A model generated the notes under the pieces. It searched no databases, was not told the DNA's origin, and saw only the letters and a program-made list of their open reading frames with translations. Positions 28,236 to 42,934 of a stretch of DNA of 64,000 bases are shown piece by piece (within the stretch, counting starts at the first letter, position 1; each line of letters begins with the position of its first letter). A program made the translations under genes and the position numbers. Source of the DNA: the human T2T-CHM13v2.0 reference genome, Homo sapiens; the NCBI RefSeq assembly GCF_009914755.1, contig NC_060932.1. One strand, given 5' to 3'.

Positions 28236-28977
28236 CATAATATTATTATTATTCTCATTATTTCTCTTGAACATTATCTTATCAGAGTGATGCCTTAGGA
28301 CTAGTAATTTATGCACTGCTTTGATTGATTTACATTTGATAACTACATAGCATCAAAAGACATTTCTCCAGCCATAGTTAGAATGTGATGACAATATAAC
28401 TGAATTTCTGCTTTTACGCAAGAGTTAAGTTAAAGCTCCTGTTCTGAATTTAAATTCTAAAGTGGGATTTCTCTGCTGAGCTTCTGAGTACCGTGTTTGT
28501 GTTTAAAGGCTGCGTACAAGGAAAGCCACAGTATTTAAATACGGATATCCCTCCCTGCCCACACAGGGCTCATCGGTCAAATCCGGAACATTAGCAAATT
28601 TCCCTCCTGGCTGAGTTCCAGCTCTTACAGCTGAGTAAGGACCCAGAATCGCTGCCCCCTGCACATTTTCACCACCCACTGCCCTTCCATTCACTGAAGA
28701 CAATCTCCTTGCTTTCTTTGCTAAGAAGGAAGAAGCTGTTGAGTTCTACTTCAAGAATGAAGTAACCTCTTTTGATTTTCACAGAGCATCCAGAGTATTT
28801 TAAGATGATGAAGAGGAATGGAAATAAGAGTGACAGGAGCGAACCAGATGATGTAGACAGCTGACAAATTAGGCCAAATGACCTCTAATATGAATATAAA
28901 TTAAATCATCTAAATATATCATGGACTTCACTTCCAGATTCTTATTTAGTATAAAACTATGTATTTCATGAAGCATT

Positions 28978-29150
28978 CATCAGCCCTTAACTTTAAGTAG
29001 GCATCAGAATCACCACTGATTCTTTTGAAACTGTAACGGGCACCTCTAAACTCAATAGGTCTGGTAGCTCTGGGATAGGTCCAAGAACTTGTTTTTGTTT
29101 TCAAATTTCTGCAGATCTTCCTGATGCAGAGGTAGGAGTGAACACTACTG
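28978..29150. mobile_element. MER5-like MITE
   Basis: gcatcagaatcacc...ctgggataggtccaagaa...cactactg. Confidence 0.5.
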
Positions 29151-30271
29151 AATTATGAGGATTCTTGTGAGCGAAGTTTTGACAGTGGATGGCTAACTAA
29201 CCTGCCAACTAGCCTACACTATTATAAAACAAGACTTAAGGAGTTCATGAACTGATAAAGTATGGAAGGTTCTTGCAACAACTCATAAGAAAACCAGATT
29301 CCCCCTGAAGGGTTTCACTAAAACACAGACTCATGTCCTTCAAACAGTGTGACCATTTCTAACCCATTTAAAATTATAGATCCAAAATGATTTCTTGGCC
29401 TCTCGTTACCTGGCAATTCATTTCATTAGGTCTGACAGCTAAAGTGTGGCTGGGAGAGGAGAGACAGTTCTATGATAAAAAGAATTTTTGGTGACTCAAA
29501 TTTTCTATGTTTGTCATAAGCAACCTTGGAATTCACTACTGTCTGCTTTTAGTATTAATGTAATAAGACCAGAGTTCAAATTCTATCTCTGAGTTTTCTC
29601 ACCTGCCAAATAGGATTAATAATTACTTTTTAGTCATACTACAAAGATAAGAGATAAAATCTGTTGGATATCTATTCACACAAAACTCTAACATTATTAT
29701 CTCGAAATTCTGAATCAGCTTTGCTTAGTTTTTAAATAGAGGATAATTACTTACAAGACCATTAATACTAAAGAAACTAAGCTTAGAGAACCAGGTACTA
29801 GTAGGAGGAACGAGATATCACTGGTTCTAGATAAAAGTCTGGAGGTAAGGTTATAGGAAGCCACCTAAACATGCCCAGTGAAATCCCTTTCTGTGGTTGA
29901 ATCTTCCTTAAGAAGGGAAAAGCAGCATTTATTTTAATAATTATTAACCCCAGGTATTTGTTGAAACGTGGTCATAAACTCTGGACATTAGGAATGTCAC
30001 TTCACAATTTCTGCTTTTAAGTATGAAAAACTCAACAGGGAAATAAAATAGGAATGTTTATGAAGATAGTAGCATTTTCTAATAGAATAGTTAAATAGGA
30101 TTTACTTTCTAGTTATCAACTCAAACTGAAATGAATCTTACAGTTACTCAAGTAAGCATTCATTCTACGTTTAACTTTCTGATACTTTATTTGGGACAAA
30201 TACTCATAACTACATTAACTTGGCCTTCAATTTTTAAGTTTTACAAAACAAAGATGCTACCATCATTAATT

Positions 30272-30383
30272 TTGGTGAACAAGTATCCCAGTTTGCCTAG
30301 GACCAAGAAGGTTCTCAGGATGCTAGACTTTCAATTTTAAAACCAGGACAATCCTGGGCAAATGGTGACAAGTTGGTCACCCA
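30272..30383. mobile_element. MER81 hAT-Blackjack MITE
   Basis: tcccagtttgcctaggac...aaaaccaggacaatcctgggcaaa...gttggtcaccc. Confidence 0.75.
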
Positions 30384-30657
30384 ATTTTTCTTCCAAGTTC
30401 CAGTTTCAGTTCCAGTATATTCACATTAAAGCCTCTCCCACAGTGTAATGTACAGATAATTATGAACTAAACAACAATGTGTGCAACTGCTGCATATATA
30501 ATACATCATCCCTTAATCTCACCATGTGCTGAGGTGAGGTTAGAAAGACAGGGAATTCCACCAAAAGAGAAAGAATGGGAAGCCTACATATTGAATTATT
30601 AACAATCATTTGTACTTGAATATTTATGAAAATTGTTACATAATACCTATATATTCA

Positions 30658-31045
<388 letters not shown>

Positions 31046-32714
31046 TTACTTAACATCTAAAGTATATGTCAGTGCAGAGAGCATCCATTTCCAAAGTGAC
31101 AGGAATTCGTTAGGAAAAGCTCTACAACTGACTTTGCTATCAGTATCTACAAAGAAAAGAGGAAATTTCACCAAGAAAGGATAAGGGCTATTTAAATGAG
31201 TTTCCTTTTAATAGCTGTAGTGAAAGTGAAGAAGACCTCACAAACCCCAGATATTCCTGAAACAGTGACGGGAGGGTTAATTTTACTATAGATTTCACAG
31301 TGCTGGGAAGTGTCATTGATTAAGAGAGTTGGCAGTTAGAGGGTTTTAGCCAGTTACCCATCTGTTTCACAGAAGTTTGTTAACACAGCTGGAAAAGATG
31401 TAGTTGCCAAAGCTTTCTTATGCCTTTCAAGTCTCATCTTTTTTTGTTTTTTCCCTCCCAGTAAAAGAGCTAAAACAATTAGAATGTCTTCTCCAAGGAA
31501 TTAAGCAAGGGGGAAAAAAATTCATTTCTTCTCTATTCCTTCACCAGTGCTGTATATTATTCATATTTAAATTATTAAAATATAGATAAAATGGAATTTC
31601 TTGCAGTTTTGAATTTGCCTGTTGGTTGCTCTCTTTCTCGCTCTTTTGTAAATGAAGTCTCTTCTGGTTTTCAAGAAAACGTCATCACAAATTAGCAAGA
31701 GATTTCAATCCCCACCCAAAAATTCTCTCTGCGGTTGAATCTTCCCAGCCCCAGTCTCAGATTTCAAATCAGATCTTTTGCACATTGAGTTTTAAACCAT
31801 GCATATTCCTAAAATGGAGATAATCAAGAAAACACATTCTGCCAATTCAAGTTCAGGGCTGGATTCATTACTTGTTTTATTTCAATTAAGACCTGCAGCG
31901 CTTCCTAAACATTGCTAAGAATGATGACTAAAGGGCAGAGAGATGCTGACTACTTGCCAAAGTGTTCCCTGGTTGTTTTTCAAACAATTTGCTTAAACCA
32001 AGGAATCAGGCAGGAAAATACTATCATTCATTGACTGTTCTTTAAATCCCTGTGTAATGCCAGCTCTATGTTTATATTTTCTTATGTTAATCCTGCACTC
32101 GCAATTACATTTTAACATAGCTATTATTTTTATAGATGAAAATGCCAGTACTAAAGCTCAAATAAATTGGCAAGTCACATAGCTAATGAGTGTCAGAGTC
32201 AGGTCCACAGGGTTGCAAAATCAATTTATTTCCCGCTATATTATCTTCTTGACCAAAACCCAGGAGTTTCAGCTTAGACGGTTTTAAGTCCTTTTACATG
32301 CAGTAAAGTGTATTTACAAAAAAAACTTCTTTATTTTTAGGTTTAAATATGTGTGTCATTGCAGCATGCTTCAATTTTTGTCTTTCAGTTTCTCTCTAAA
32401 AACAATAATTGTCTTTTTAATACTAAAATTTTCATTTTATTTACTTAAAAAGAATTTGTTATGAATTTGTATGTGCCAGGCACTGGAATAACAGAGTTCA
32501 GCACAGTTAACATGACTTCTGCCTTCAGAAAGCTTAAGCTTCATTAAAATGGTCTGTAAACTTTAGTGTCAATTAAAAATGCCTGCGACCAACCTCTTGA
32601 TATTATGATTCTGAAGTTCTAGTATGGCATCCAGGAATTTTTATTTTAGAAAGACTTCCATGTGATCTTTATTTGTGGCGGGGTTCTCAGGGCAATAGTA
32701 GAAGAGATAAATTT

Positions 32715-32974
32715 AATTTTTATTTTATTTATTTATTTTTTGAGACGGTCGCTCACGCTGGAGTGCAGTGGCACAATCTTGGCTCACTGCAGCCTCCGCC
32801 TTCCAGGTTCAATACAGCAGCGTGCCACCTTACCCGCCTAAGTTTTGTATTTTTAGTAGAGACAGGGTTTCACCCTGTTGGCCAGGCTGGTCTTGAACTT
32901 CTGACCTCAAGTGATCCACCTGCCTCAGCTTCCCAAAGTGCTGGGATTACAGATGTGAGCCACTGCACCTGGCC
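32715..32974 (-). mobile_element. AluS (Sz/Sx-like) with internal deletions in the right arm
   Basis: ggttcaa joins directly to tacag (about 37 nt missing). Degenerate TSD agaagagataaattt / agaagagagagattt. Confidence 0.9.
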
Positions 32975-34089
32975 AGAAGAGAGAGATTTTAAACAAACAC
33001 CCAGATTATAAATTCAATTACAAATTGTAATTACATTGTAGGAATAGAACAGGATGGTTTGGAAACATTAAAAAAGATAAATAACTTAAACTGAGATCAG
33101 AACAGGGAACTGATTTTCGTTGAGGAAGGTTGGAATTAGCTAGGGTAATGCCAGGATTGTGAGAAGAATGTAGACGAAATAGCAAGGAATGAAAAATTAC
33201 TGCAGATACTCTACAGAAATCTGAGTTGCAATTATCTTCAAAAAGGTACTTGTTCTCTTTGATTTGTGCAAAGATACTCAGCTTTACACAATTAAGAAGC
33301 TGTCATTTCCACCAGTATCAGAACAACAAAGGAATATGTTTTCTAACTGATGGGCTTTCATGGGCTTGCTTGCATTCCTGAACTAGGCCACAACTCTGGA
33401 ATTTGCTTTCAAATATTCCCAAACAATTTTAAACAATATCAAAAGACTAGATAGCTCACTGTAAATCCACCAAGCCCGATCTATTCTCGTTGTTTTGATG
33501 TGTTGGGGAACTTGCTTGATAACTACTTCCTGTGAGAGGAGTCTGGCTGATCCTCAAGTTTCTGTTATGAAGTGTCTAAAAGGCTATAAACCAAATGCTT
33601 AAGCATCCAGGTGGGGGGTGAGCTCTCAGACTCAGACAAGTAAGATTGTGTGGCCCTCATGAATATGATCATTTTGTGTGGCCTGTTGTGTCAGGGAGAA
33701 TTCTATGCTCTGTGGAGGGCCAGTCTCTTTAGTATAATCAATTCCTCTGAGGCTCCGGACTGGCTGTGGGGCCCAAACAGTGGAGATGTTGTCACAGGCC
33801 TCAGATGGCTCACTATGTCCCTGGGTTTTGCACAACCCTAATATAGAGATCATTGTCTCATGATGGCATGGTCCAGCTGAAAGCATCATTTGTACAGTAG
33901 AGAAATGACAGGCCTTCATAGCTAACTAAGCCTTCTCAATAGGTGGCTTTGAGAGGATCAGGACAGATTTGGGCTCTAAGACACTGGGTAGAAACTGGTA
34001 ACCAGATTAACTTTACAGACCATTAAATTCTCCCCCATCCCAAGGGAAAAAGGAACACAAAAACAATACAAACATTTTATCTTCTTTAA

Positions 34090-34344
34090 TTCCTTCCTTT
34101 CTTCCCTCCCTCCCTTCCTTCTTTCCCTTCCTCCCTTCCTTCCTTCTTTCCTTCCTTCCTTTCTTCCCTCATTCCTTCCCTCCTTCCTTTCTTCCTTCCT
34201 TCCTTTCTTCCCTCCCTCCCTCCCTCCCTCCTTCCTTCCTTCCCTCCTTCCTTTCTTCCTTTCTTCCTTTTCTCCCTCCCTCCTTCCTTCCTTCCTTCCT
34301 TGCTTCCTTTCTTCCTTCCTTCCTTTTTGCCTTTCTTCCTTCCT
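34090..34344. repeat. (TTCC)n/(CCCT)n polypyrimidine tract
   Basis: About 255 nt of almost pure C/T on the + strand, with only about three purines. Confidence 0.97.
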
Positions 34345-34354
34345 GTTTTTCACG

Positions 34355-34525
34355 CCTCAGCTAAGGAAACATTCTCAGAACACCTACTATGCACCAGGTA
34401 CTTTGCTAGCTAGTGGGGAAATGGAAAACAAAGAATCCCAGCTCAATTGACTCTCACAATTTAGTCAGAGGAAACAGATGTGTAAACAATTAATTGAATT
34501 AAAATGATATAGGTGTCATAACGGA
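34355..34525 (-). mobile_element. L2 3' end
   Basis: gaacacctactatgcaccaggtactttgctag...ctcacaatttagtcagaggaaacagatgtgtaaacaa. Confidence 0.7.
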
Positions 34526-34979
34526 ATTATTATAACTCAAATTTAATAAGATTTTACTGTATGTCAGGCATGATTTAAAATGATTGATAATAGTTGATAC
34601 ACGTCATCTTCACATGAATCCTAAATGATAGTCTATAGATGGCCTTATTTTGGAGAATAGGAAATGGAGGTATAGACAAGAAAAGAAAATTGGGTGAATC
34701 CATATTTAAACACAGGCAATTTGTTTCTAGAGCCAGCACTTGATCCACTTTGGTACCCAACTACTATTCAAATATGAACAGAATATAGAGGGAACACAGA
34801 GGAAGAAGATATTCACACTATTGGGTATCTGTGAAGGCTTCCAAAAGGGGATTCCAGTCATTTGAGCCTCAAATACCATATTTAGGGTTGTGGTGGAAGA
34901 ATACAGAGTGGCGTTACCAGTGTGAATAAGTTACCGTTCCTCATTTCAAGAAACTTATAGGAGAGCGGGAAAGACGAAC

Positions 34980-35355
34980 TTCAAAAAAAGAAAACTTCTT
35001 TATTATATGTTCCAGACTTCACAACAGAAGACAATGTAGAAAAAGCACGTTTTCACACATGATCCCTTTTTATTATGGAGGAAACCTTTAAGCCCTCTTC
35101 ACTCCCACAGCAGGCTTCTCCTTCATTTTCATTAACCAGAGTTTGGCCACATGGCATTCACCAGACCAGTCACTAATCTAGTCAACTGAATTAACGATGA
35201 TTGAATTAAACTGGCCATGATTCAACACCTGGGCAGTGAAATGTCACCTTTCCAAGTACAAGCGGGAAGAGCTGTGTGATCAGTATTGGCTTTCTTCAAG
35301 CAAGGAAGAAGACAGGGTAAAAAGCTATTTGATAACCAATGGAACTGTCACCATG
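34980..35355 (-). mobile_element. Old MLT1-type LTR fragment
   Basis: cagcaggcttctccttcattttcattaaccagagtttggccacatgg...ccagtcact. Confidence 0.45.
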
Positions 35356-35584
35356 TAACTCTGATATAAGTAAAACAATATCATGAAGGGATTTATGATC
35401 CAATATAAAAATGAGTATTGGGAACTCCTAGATTGTATTGAGGGTTTCATTTATTTTATATTTCACAGAATAAAAGGATGAAGAAAGGATATTACTAAGT
35501 AAAGGGGGCAATAATTATAAAAATAATGAAATATTTAGTCATATTTATGTAGTGATGACCTTGTGCCACACACTGTTGAAGTTT

Positions 35585-35610
<26 letters not shown>
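35585..35610. repeat. (TA)n microsatellite inside a MIR relic
   Basis: Directly visible. Confidence 0.95.
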
Positions 35611-35615
<5 letters not shown>

Positions 35616-38610
35616 GCACATACACATATAATCTGTATTATATGTACAAATATAAAATGCATTTACAATATATGTGTTACCTGAATCCACACCAGTCCTA
35701 TGAGCTAGGTAATATTATTGTCCTATTTCTCAAGTCAGCAACCCTAAGCACAATGAGGTGGGCAAATTAACTAAAGTCATGCAGCACATAAGAGGTAACT
35801 ATGTTAGAGTCATATTCATTATTATGCTATATCATACCATTGAGAAACATGTCAATGCTTATTTTTAGATGATATATAAATAGCCTAAGATTTCAGTCAG
35901 TTAATAATTAAAGTTAAATTTGTCCTATGCTTAACCTTAGTCAAATTCAATTTACATACTCTTACAAGGGTTGCTAAACACATTTGCTGAAAAAAAAGAG
36001 AAAAGTGTTAAGATTTTTATGTCTAAAATGAGGCTCAAAGCCAAGTCTGTGCCACTACACTTCAGAGAGTTCTTTATAATGTTCTTTATAATGTTACCTA
36101 AGACCAAGATTCAACCCAGGTGAAAGGATTCTCTACTGTTATTTTTACCTCAAAGAGGGAGGGGCACAAATGGGCAGGGAGAGTTTGAGTGTAGGGATAT
36201 ATTCTTAGTCTTAGATCCATAGCTATAACCTGATGTTCTTGTGGGAAAGTTCAACAAACACACAACACAGATCTGTGAAGTTCTCTGCCCAGTGCATCTC
36301 ATTCTGTGGTTCTTTGGAGTGTATTTTGGACACTATGTCATTAACTGACCCTGTCACTTGTCCCCCAACAGTCAATATTTGTGACTTGAAATAGGTATTA
36401 AAAGGATGCAAACATTATACGTCTACATTTCTTAGATTATGTTACAGTGAATGTATATATATTTTTAAAAGAAATATGCAAAAATGATAATCATTCTTTT
36501 ATCCCAGATGATGTGATTAGGAGTGACATTTATTTCTTTCTCAAGGTTTTATATTTTATCTAAAGTGTGATGTTGATACGAAAATAAATTGCATTTTTAG
36601 AAATAGCTAGCATTCAGAGATAATTTATAGGTGATTCTTACTGTGTGTTTACGATTTTCCAGGTGCTATAGTTTAAATGTCATAGCTCATTAGAAAGAAA
36701 TGGTGTTGACATGACACAGCTAGCGAGCGTTTTATCTTTTATTCTCTTATCTTTTTAAAGGCCTCCTTTCCCTGGTTCCCCCATTTCTATGCAGTCTTGC
36801 CAGTTAATGTTGGTGTTCTGTCTTCTCTATATATGCATTAGAAGTATACAATTGTAGTTATGCAAAAAAGCCAAACTGTTATAATATATTCCTGTAATAA
36901 TGCTTTCTGAGGAGCCAGAGTCTGAATGCCACAGAAGAGAAAAACTTATTAGTCGAATTTGAGACAGTCGGCACAACATCTCACACCCAATGGCCCCAAC
37001 CATGTTTGATTACTTGGTCATTGCATATGAAATCTGACAGTGTTAGGCCTAAGCAAATAATTAGATGGGGAAAAACATTTATTTTTTAAATTAAAACTGT
37101 CTCATAAACAGATAGGTGTAGGCCTCCACGTGAGGGATAAGTAGTAACAAGCTTCAGGGGAAAATAATATCAAATTCTCCAAGGATTATAATTAGTGATG
37201 ATCAGATACTTAGTGTGGTGCAGGTATGTGGAGTGGGGGAAGAGGAGGGTAATGATCATTAACAAAGTATAAGTAATGTAGAAACACCCTTGGTCAACAA
37301 GAAGCCCATAGTTCAAAAGATTGGCATTAAGCAAGTCCTTACCAGTTTAAGGAGTGGGGATAGGGAGAGCCAGACTGGAAGGTATTTGTAAGATACGAGA
37401 AAGAACATAGGATTTGTGTTCATAATTATCTTTCCATTTCTTAGATCTGCTATTTCTAGACTCTGTGATTAGAGTCAAGTCAGTGTTTAGGTCAATACCT
37501 GGCACAGAATAAAATGCATGGATTTTTAAAAATGACTTGAGCTATGATATCAAGTAATAAAAAGTACTATAAAATGTTTATTACAGTATGATTTTAATTA
37601 TTTAAATATAGGCATGTATTCACATATGTGTGTAGATGTGCTTATATATTTTAGGGATCTATATATTTCTTTTTACACAAAAATACAGAAAAATTCACCA
37701 AATCATTCAGAGCAGACTATGGCCATTTTAATTTTTCTTCATGTTTTTCTGTTTTCAAATTTTTTTGAGCAGAGCTTTTATAACAGAAAAAAAGTATATT
37801 TATATATATATATGTATATATATGAAAGAACACAGAACAAAAACACACAAGTGTAGATAAAGAGATAGCTTTACTTTCATTATCCTTAGCTTCTTCATCT
37901 TAAAATTGGTGAAAAAAGTTTTAACTCATAGGGTTATTTTGGATCATTTTATAACACATTATTAAACACAATATGTTTTATAAGACTATTAATATGGCAG
38001 TGAGAATTGATCAGGTTTTTGGATACCAGGACTTGGGATTGTATGTTACAATGTGAATCATCCCTGTGATAACTGTATATACCAGTTTATCCATCTGTCC
38101 TTTCTTTTATAGTTGCCTTCTTTCTCTTTTGGGCCTACTTAAGTAATAAAAGTCAATAAGAAGTATCAAGTCACTCTTCTCACACAAATTGAAATATTGA
38201 TGAGTAGTTAAGAAGATGTTAGGTTTGATTTAATTGGTAAATAGCTGGGTAAAAATCAAGCATTTGATAAGACAACAAATAGACCATCTTTGGATTCATT
38301 GTTAGTTATTTTCTCTCATTGCTCACCGTGTTTGGTAATGATGACCTCTCATTAAGAGGTGAGTTTACTCATCACTTACTTTGCAGTTTTGTGGTTACTA
38401 CTCTTTCCCTGGCCCATGGAACAATTAGCTAGAATTTTCATTTGTATATTAAAATTATTGTTAGTATTACTCTACTTCTTTTTTAGAGGTGCTCCTATAT
38501 ATCACACCATCCTTAAACATCCTGAAGTACGGTTTGTATCATGTTGTGTCCATATTCTGGTGGCTCCCATTGTCATTAGAATGATAAGAATGGAATTAAG
38601 ACATATCCAA

Positions 38611-39082
38611 TGTATACCATCAGGGTCTCAGCAGGAAGCAGAATAAGGGGCTTTAATAAAATAACTTCTTCTAAAGTATGGACAAGATAAGGGAAACAAT
38701 GAAAGATGCTGAGACAACCGGAGACTGGCATCAAGGGAAACTGCCTAGGTAGAGAGAATAAATTATGTTACCAGAGCCCAGTAAGATCTGAAGCCATGGA
38801 AAAGCCCCTATACTACAGGAACTGATGTCATGGAAGGATACAACCAACCAGTGCCTTAACATGGAGGAAGTGGGGAAGAAATACCACAGATTGTACCTCT
38901 TCCCACCCTTAAATCTTCTACCAGTGCCTTCCATTGGCCAAGCCCAGCCAGAAACCAGGGGGTGTGGGCACCCAGTGATGAAGTCCACAGAAGCCAGCCT
39001 CCTTGGGCACAAAGCAAAGCAAGAAAGAGAAGATAGGTCTGGGGCATGAACTAGTGGAGGGCCCACATGAACCAACCAATAT
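38611..39082 (-). mobile_element. LTR40-like ERVL LTR
   Basis: tgtataccatcagggtctcagcaggaagcaga...ccagtgccttccattggccaagcccagccagaaaccag. Confidence 0.65.
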
Positions 39083-39145
39083 ATTCTGCATATAATATGA
39101 GAAAAATATTACATGTTTTTAAAATTCTTTCAGCATTTTTGAAAG

Positions 39146-39468
39146 TTTATTATTATTTTATTATTATTACTGAGATAGGGTCCTGCTCTGTTGCCCAGGC
39201 TGGAGTGCAGTAGAGTAATCAAGGCTCACTGCAACTGCAGCCTCAAACTCCTGGGCTCAAGTGATCCTCCCACTTCAGCCTCCTAAGTAGTTGGGACAAG
39301 AGGTACATGCCACTACACCCAGATAATTTAATTTTTTTTTCTTTTTTTTGTACAGACAAGGTTTCACTATGTTGCCCAGTGTGGTCTCAAACTCCTGAGC
39401 TTAAGCAATCCTCTTGTCTTGACCTCCCAAAATGTTGGGGTTATGGGCATGAGCCACCGCACCCAGCC
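39146..39468 (-). mobile_element. AluJ (Jo/Jr-like) inserted in a MIR
   Basis: gcagcctcaaactcctgggctcaagtgatcctccc, cactatgttgcccag, (TTA)n tail, degenerate TSD tgaaagtt / tgaaggtt. Confidence 0.93.
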
Positions 39469-39801
39469 TGAAGGTTATTATTATCCTTACGCTACAGCTT
39501 GGGAAACTGATACTCATACTGGCCAAATAACTTATGTAAGTTCAGGTCTTTGGAAACTGGCAAAGCCAAGATCCAAATTAAGGTATTTCTGAATTTAAAA
39601 TCTGTGATCTTTGTGAACAAAAACCATACTTCTAGCCTAATATTCAAGGTTTTAAATGCCTTTCCAATCTCTTACTTGAATTCACGTCGTTAGCCAGCCA
39701 GAGTTAGTTTCAACTGAGCTTCACTTTCACTCTTTGCCCTCTCTTTTCCAGTGATGAAATCTATTCATATTCTTATTTCCAAATCCCACTCAGATTCCTC
39801 C

Positions 39802-40146
<345 letters not shown>

Positions 40147-40648
40147 TGAAACCTTCTTAAAGTGCACTAGCAGATGGTATTCCCTCTTTTACCTACTTCT
40201 GTTCTTAGAGTTTTCATTTGGCACTCACCCTAATGCTGCCTTGCAGTATTGTCTGATGGCTCATCAACAAATAAGGAAAATAAAACTCATATTGAACAAA
40301 TAAACTGATTATGATAATGTCGCTACTAAAAAGTAGAGATGAACTTCAATGCAAAGTCTTCTTAGTTGGCCGTATTCAGAATTGTTTTCATGATAAGATT
40401 GTAATTACAGAAATATTATGGTGATATTTTCCTAGTTATCTAATACATAAAAATACATAAAAAGCTGCAAGTCATTTTTTGAATGAGTTATGGAAGAGTG
40501 AAGAAATCAGCCCTAAATGGGAGACTTTGAAAGTTTGTGACCAATAGAGTAACATAAAAGAAATATGACATAATATCAAATATATCTCAAACAAAGATAC
40601 TTTTGCACTTGCTAATCAAGGGACGTAATAAGCTCTGTTTGGCTGCAA

Positions 40649-40710
40649 CTTACTGTTTAAAAGTTCAGAATCACAGGATCTTATTGTCTGAAAGTTGAGA
40701 ATCACAGGAT
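40649..40710. repeat. 31-bp tandem duplication (2 copies, 27/31 identical)
   Basis: cttactgtttaaaagttcagaatcacaggat / cttattgtctgaaagttgagaatcacaggat. Confidence 0.9.
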
Positions 40711-41549
40711 CCTTACAGGGGGTAATTTGAACTGGCATCTGTCCAGGTTTTCCGGCCCGTAAAGCATTTCTTATACCTTCTGCAATAACACAGCCATGGA
40801 TTTAAATGTGAGCTAATTTTTTCACAGAGCAAATTTATCCCTGCGTTCTTAATGAGCCACAGTTGAAAACTGAAGACACCAGTTTCTTTCTTCATATACT
40901 GCTTGGTCTGGCTTTAGACATATTCAAGGCAAGTAAACACCATCTTTGCATTCATTCAGTTCCACGGTGGAAAACCAACAATGTGGCATTTTCAGGGCTA
41001 AGATGTTATTATTGCTCCACATAAGATCTGGGCATTAAAATGTCTTTGAGTCCTGTCTCAAATATTCTTAGTAAACATAGAAAAAAGATTCTAAACCAAT
41101 AATAAACTTTAGTTGCTTTTAAAACGTTTCATTTTTCAGGACAGATTTACTGAAATCTATTGATGGAAAAAAATGACTTTGTCCTTCTAAACACTTCCAC
41201 TTTGACAAAATGATTTTTAAATTAAGGCCAGACACAAGGTAATTCATTTCAGTTTTTTTCTTTTCTTTTTTTTTTTTTTTTTGCTTTTATTCTCATTACA
41301 AAGTAAATTGAAAACCTCGTGGACTTACTGAAAAAAATAGAGAAGGAAATATGTAATGAAGTATTTAGGAAATCTACAGATATAGAGAGAGACAGAGACA
41401 GAGAATGCAAGAGAGAGCATACAACAAATTCAGTTGTTTTCAGTTAAAATGGGGTTTATGGCTTCACTGAGTATCTGTTTTATGAGAGTTTAGGAATTAA
41501 TTAACTGGTAATAGTAGAAACAGTGATGAACACATGATTGCGAGTTCTA

Positions 41550-41780
41550 TTTATGAAGTTTCTACTAGATTTCAGATACTGTGTTAAGTACTCACATGTA
41601 TTTTCTACTGTAATCATAGCAGCTATCCAGTAATGTAAGCGTTATAATTCCATTGCCTATATGAAGAAATATGAGGCTCAAAAAGGTTAAATAGCTTTTC
41701 TATGATCACCTGTTTTTCTAAAAATAGCAGTCAGAGTTCAAATCCAGCTTTTTGTAACTAACATCTCTTGTTCCTAAGTC
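41550..41780 (-). mobile_element. MIR
   Basis: atactgtgttaagtact...atgaagaaatatgaggctcaaaaaggttaaatagc. Confidence 0.65.
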
Positions 41781-42098
41781 TAATGTATACTTCCCACTAT
41801 ATAAAGCATTGTGCTAAATGTAATGAAGAGTTCAAGATAAACAGATAGATATAGAAATCGATGTATCTATAGATATGTAGATAATAGATATGCCAAATAA
41901 ATATGCTAAAATAAGTAACTAACAGCAGAGTGTATATAGGAAGATGTGGAATGTGTGACATAATATCCTGAGTATTATGATAGTTCACAGAAGTGCAAAC
42001 TAGATATGGGCTGAAAAAGCCAAGATGACTTTATGAAGAAGGTAAGACTTGAAGTGGCTTCTACTGGATACATATGCCTTAAATAGGAGCAAAAGAAA

Positions 42099-42131
42099 GG
42101 TTTGTCTGTTTGTTTGTTTGTTTGTTTGTTT
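42099..42131. repeat. (GTTT)n microsatellite
   Basis: Directly visible. Confidence 0.9.
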
Positions 42132-42437
42132 GAGGAGGGGACAGAGAGGAGGGATAGGATAGAGTGGGGACACAATCATGGAAACAGGAATAAGAACAAT
42201 GCGAGGAAGGAGACCGATGATGAGTGAAGAGATAATCAGATGCTCTGTTTTTGCAGTGATAATAAATACAATTACTAAATAAGTGTCAGATACTGTGCCA
42301 GTTGTCATATATTCATTATCATATTTTAGGTATTGAGTAACTCTGTGAGTTAGCTATTGTTTGCCCATCTTTACTAATGGGGAAAATAAGGCACATAGAA
42401 GTTAAATAAATTGTTCAAGATACATAATGAGCAATGA

Positions 42438-42783
<346 letters not shown>

Positions 42784-42934
42784 AAAACTTGGATTCTTAA
42801 CCACGCTATAATTATTGCCTTTCAGGATATGTGAATTGGGATGTTGTGATATTTACTCAAAGGTGAAGTATTAACACTAATTTGAAAATGAGTATAATAT
42901 AAAGTGAAGGAGTTATAAGATATTCTATATTTTT

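Noticed and set aside
33976-34353. 125-aa K/E/G/R-rich ORF
   Set aside because: It is a translation of the (GGAA)n simple repeat.
38113-38358. Perfect donor GAG|gtgagt with an upstream acceptor
   Set aside because: The implied exon is very AT-rich with many stops and has no other support. Isolated consensus donors are frequent by chance.
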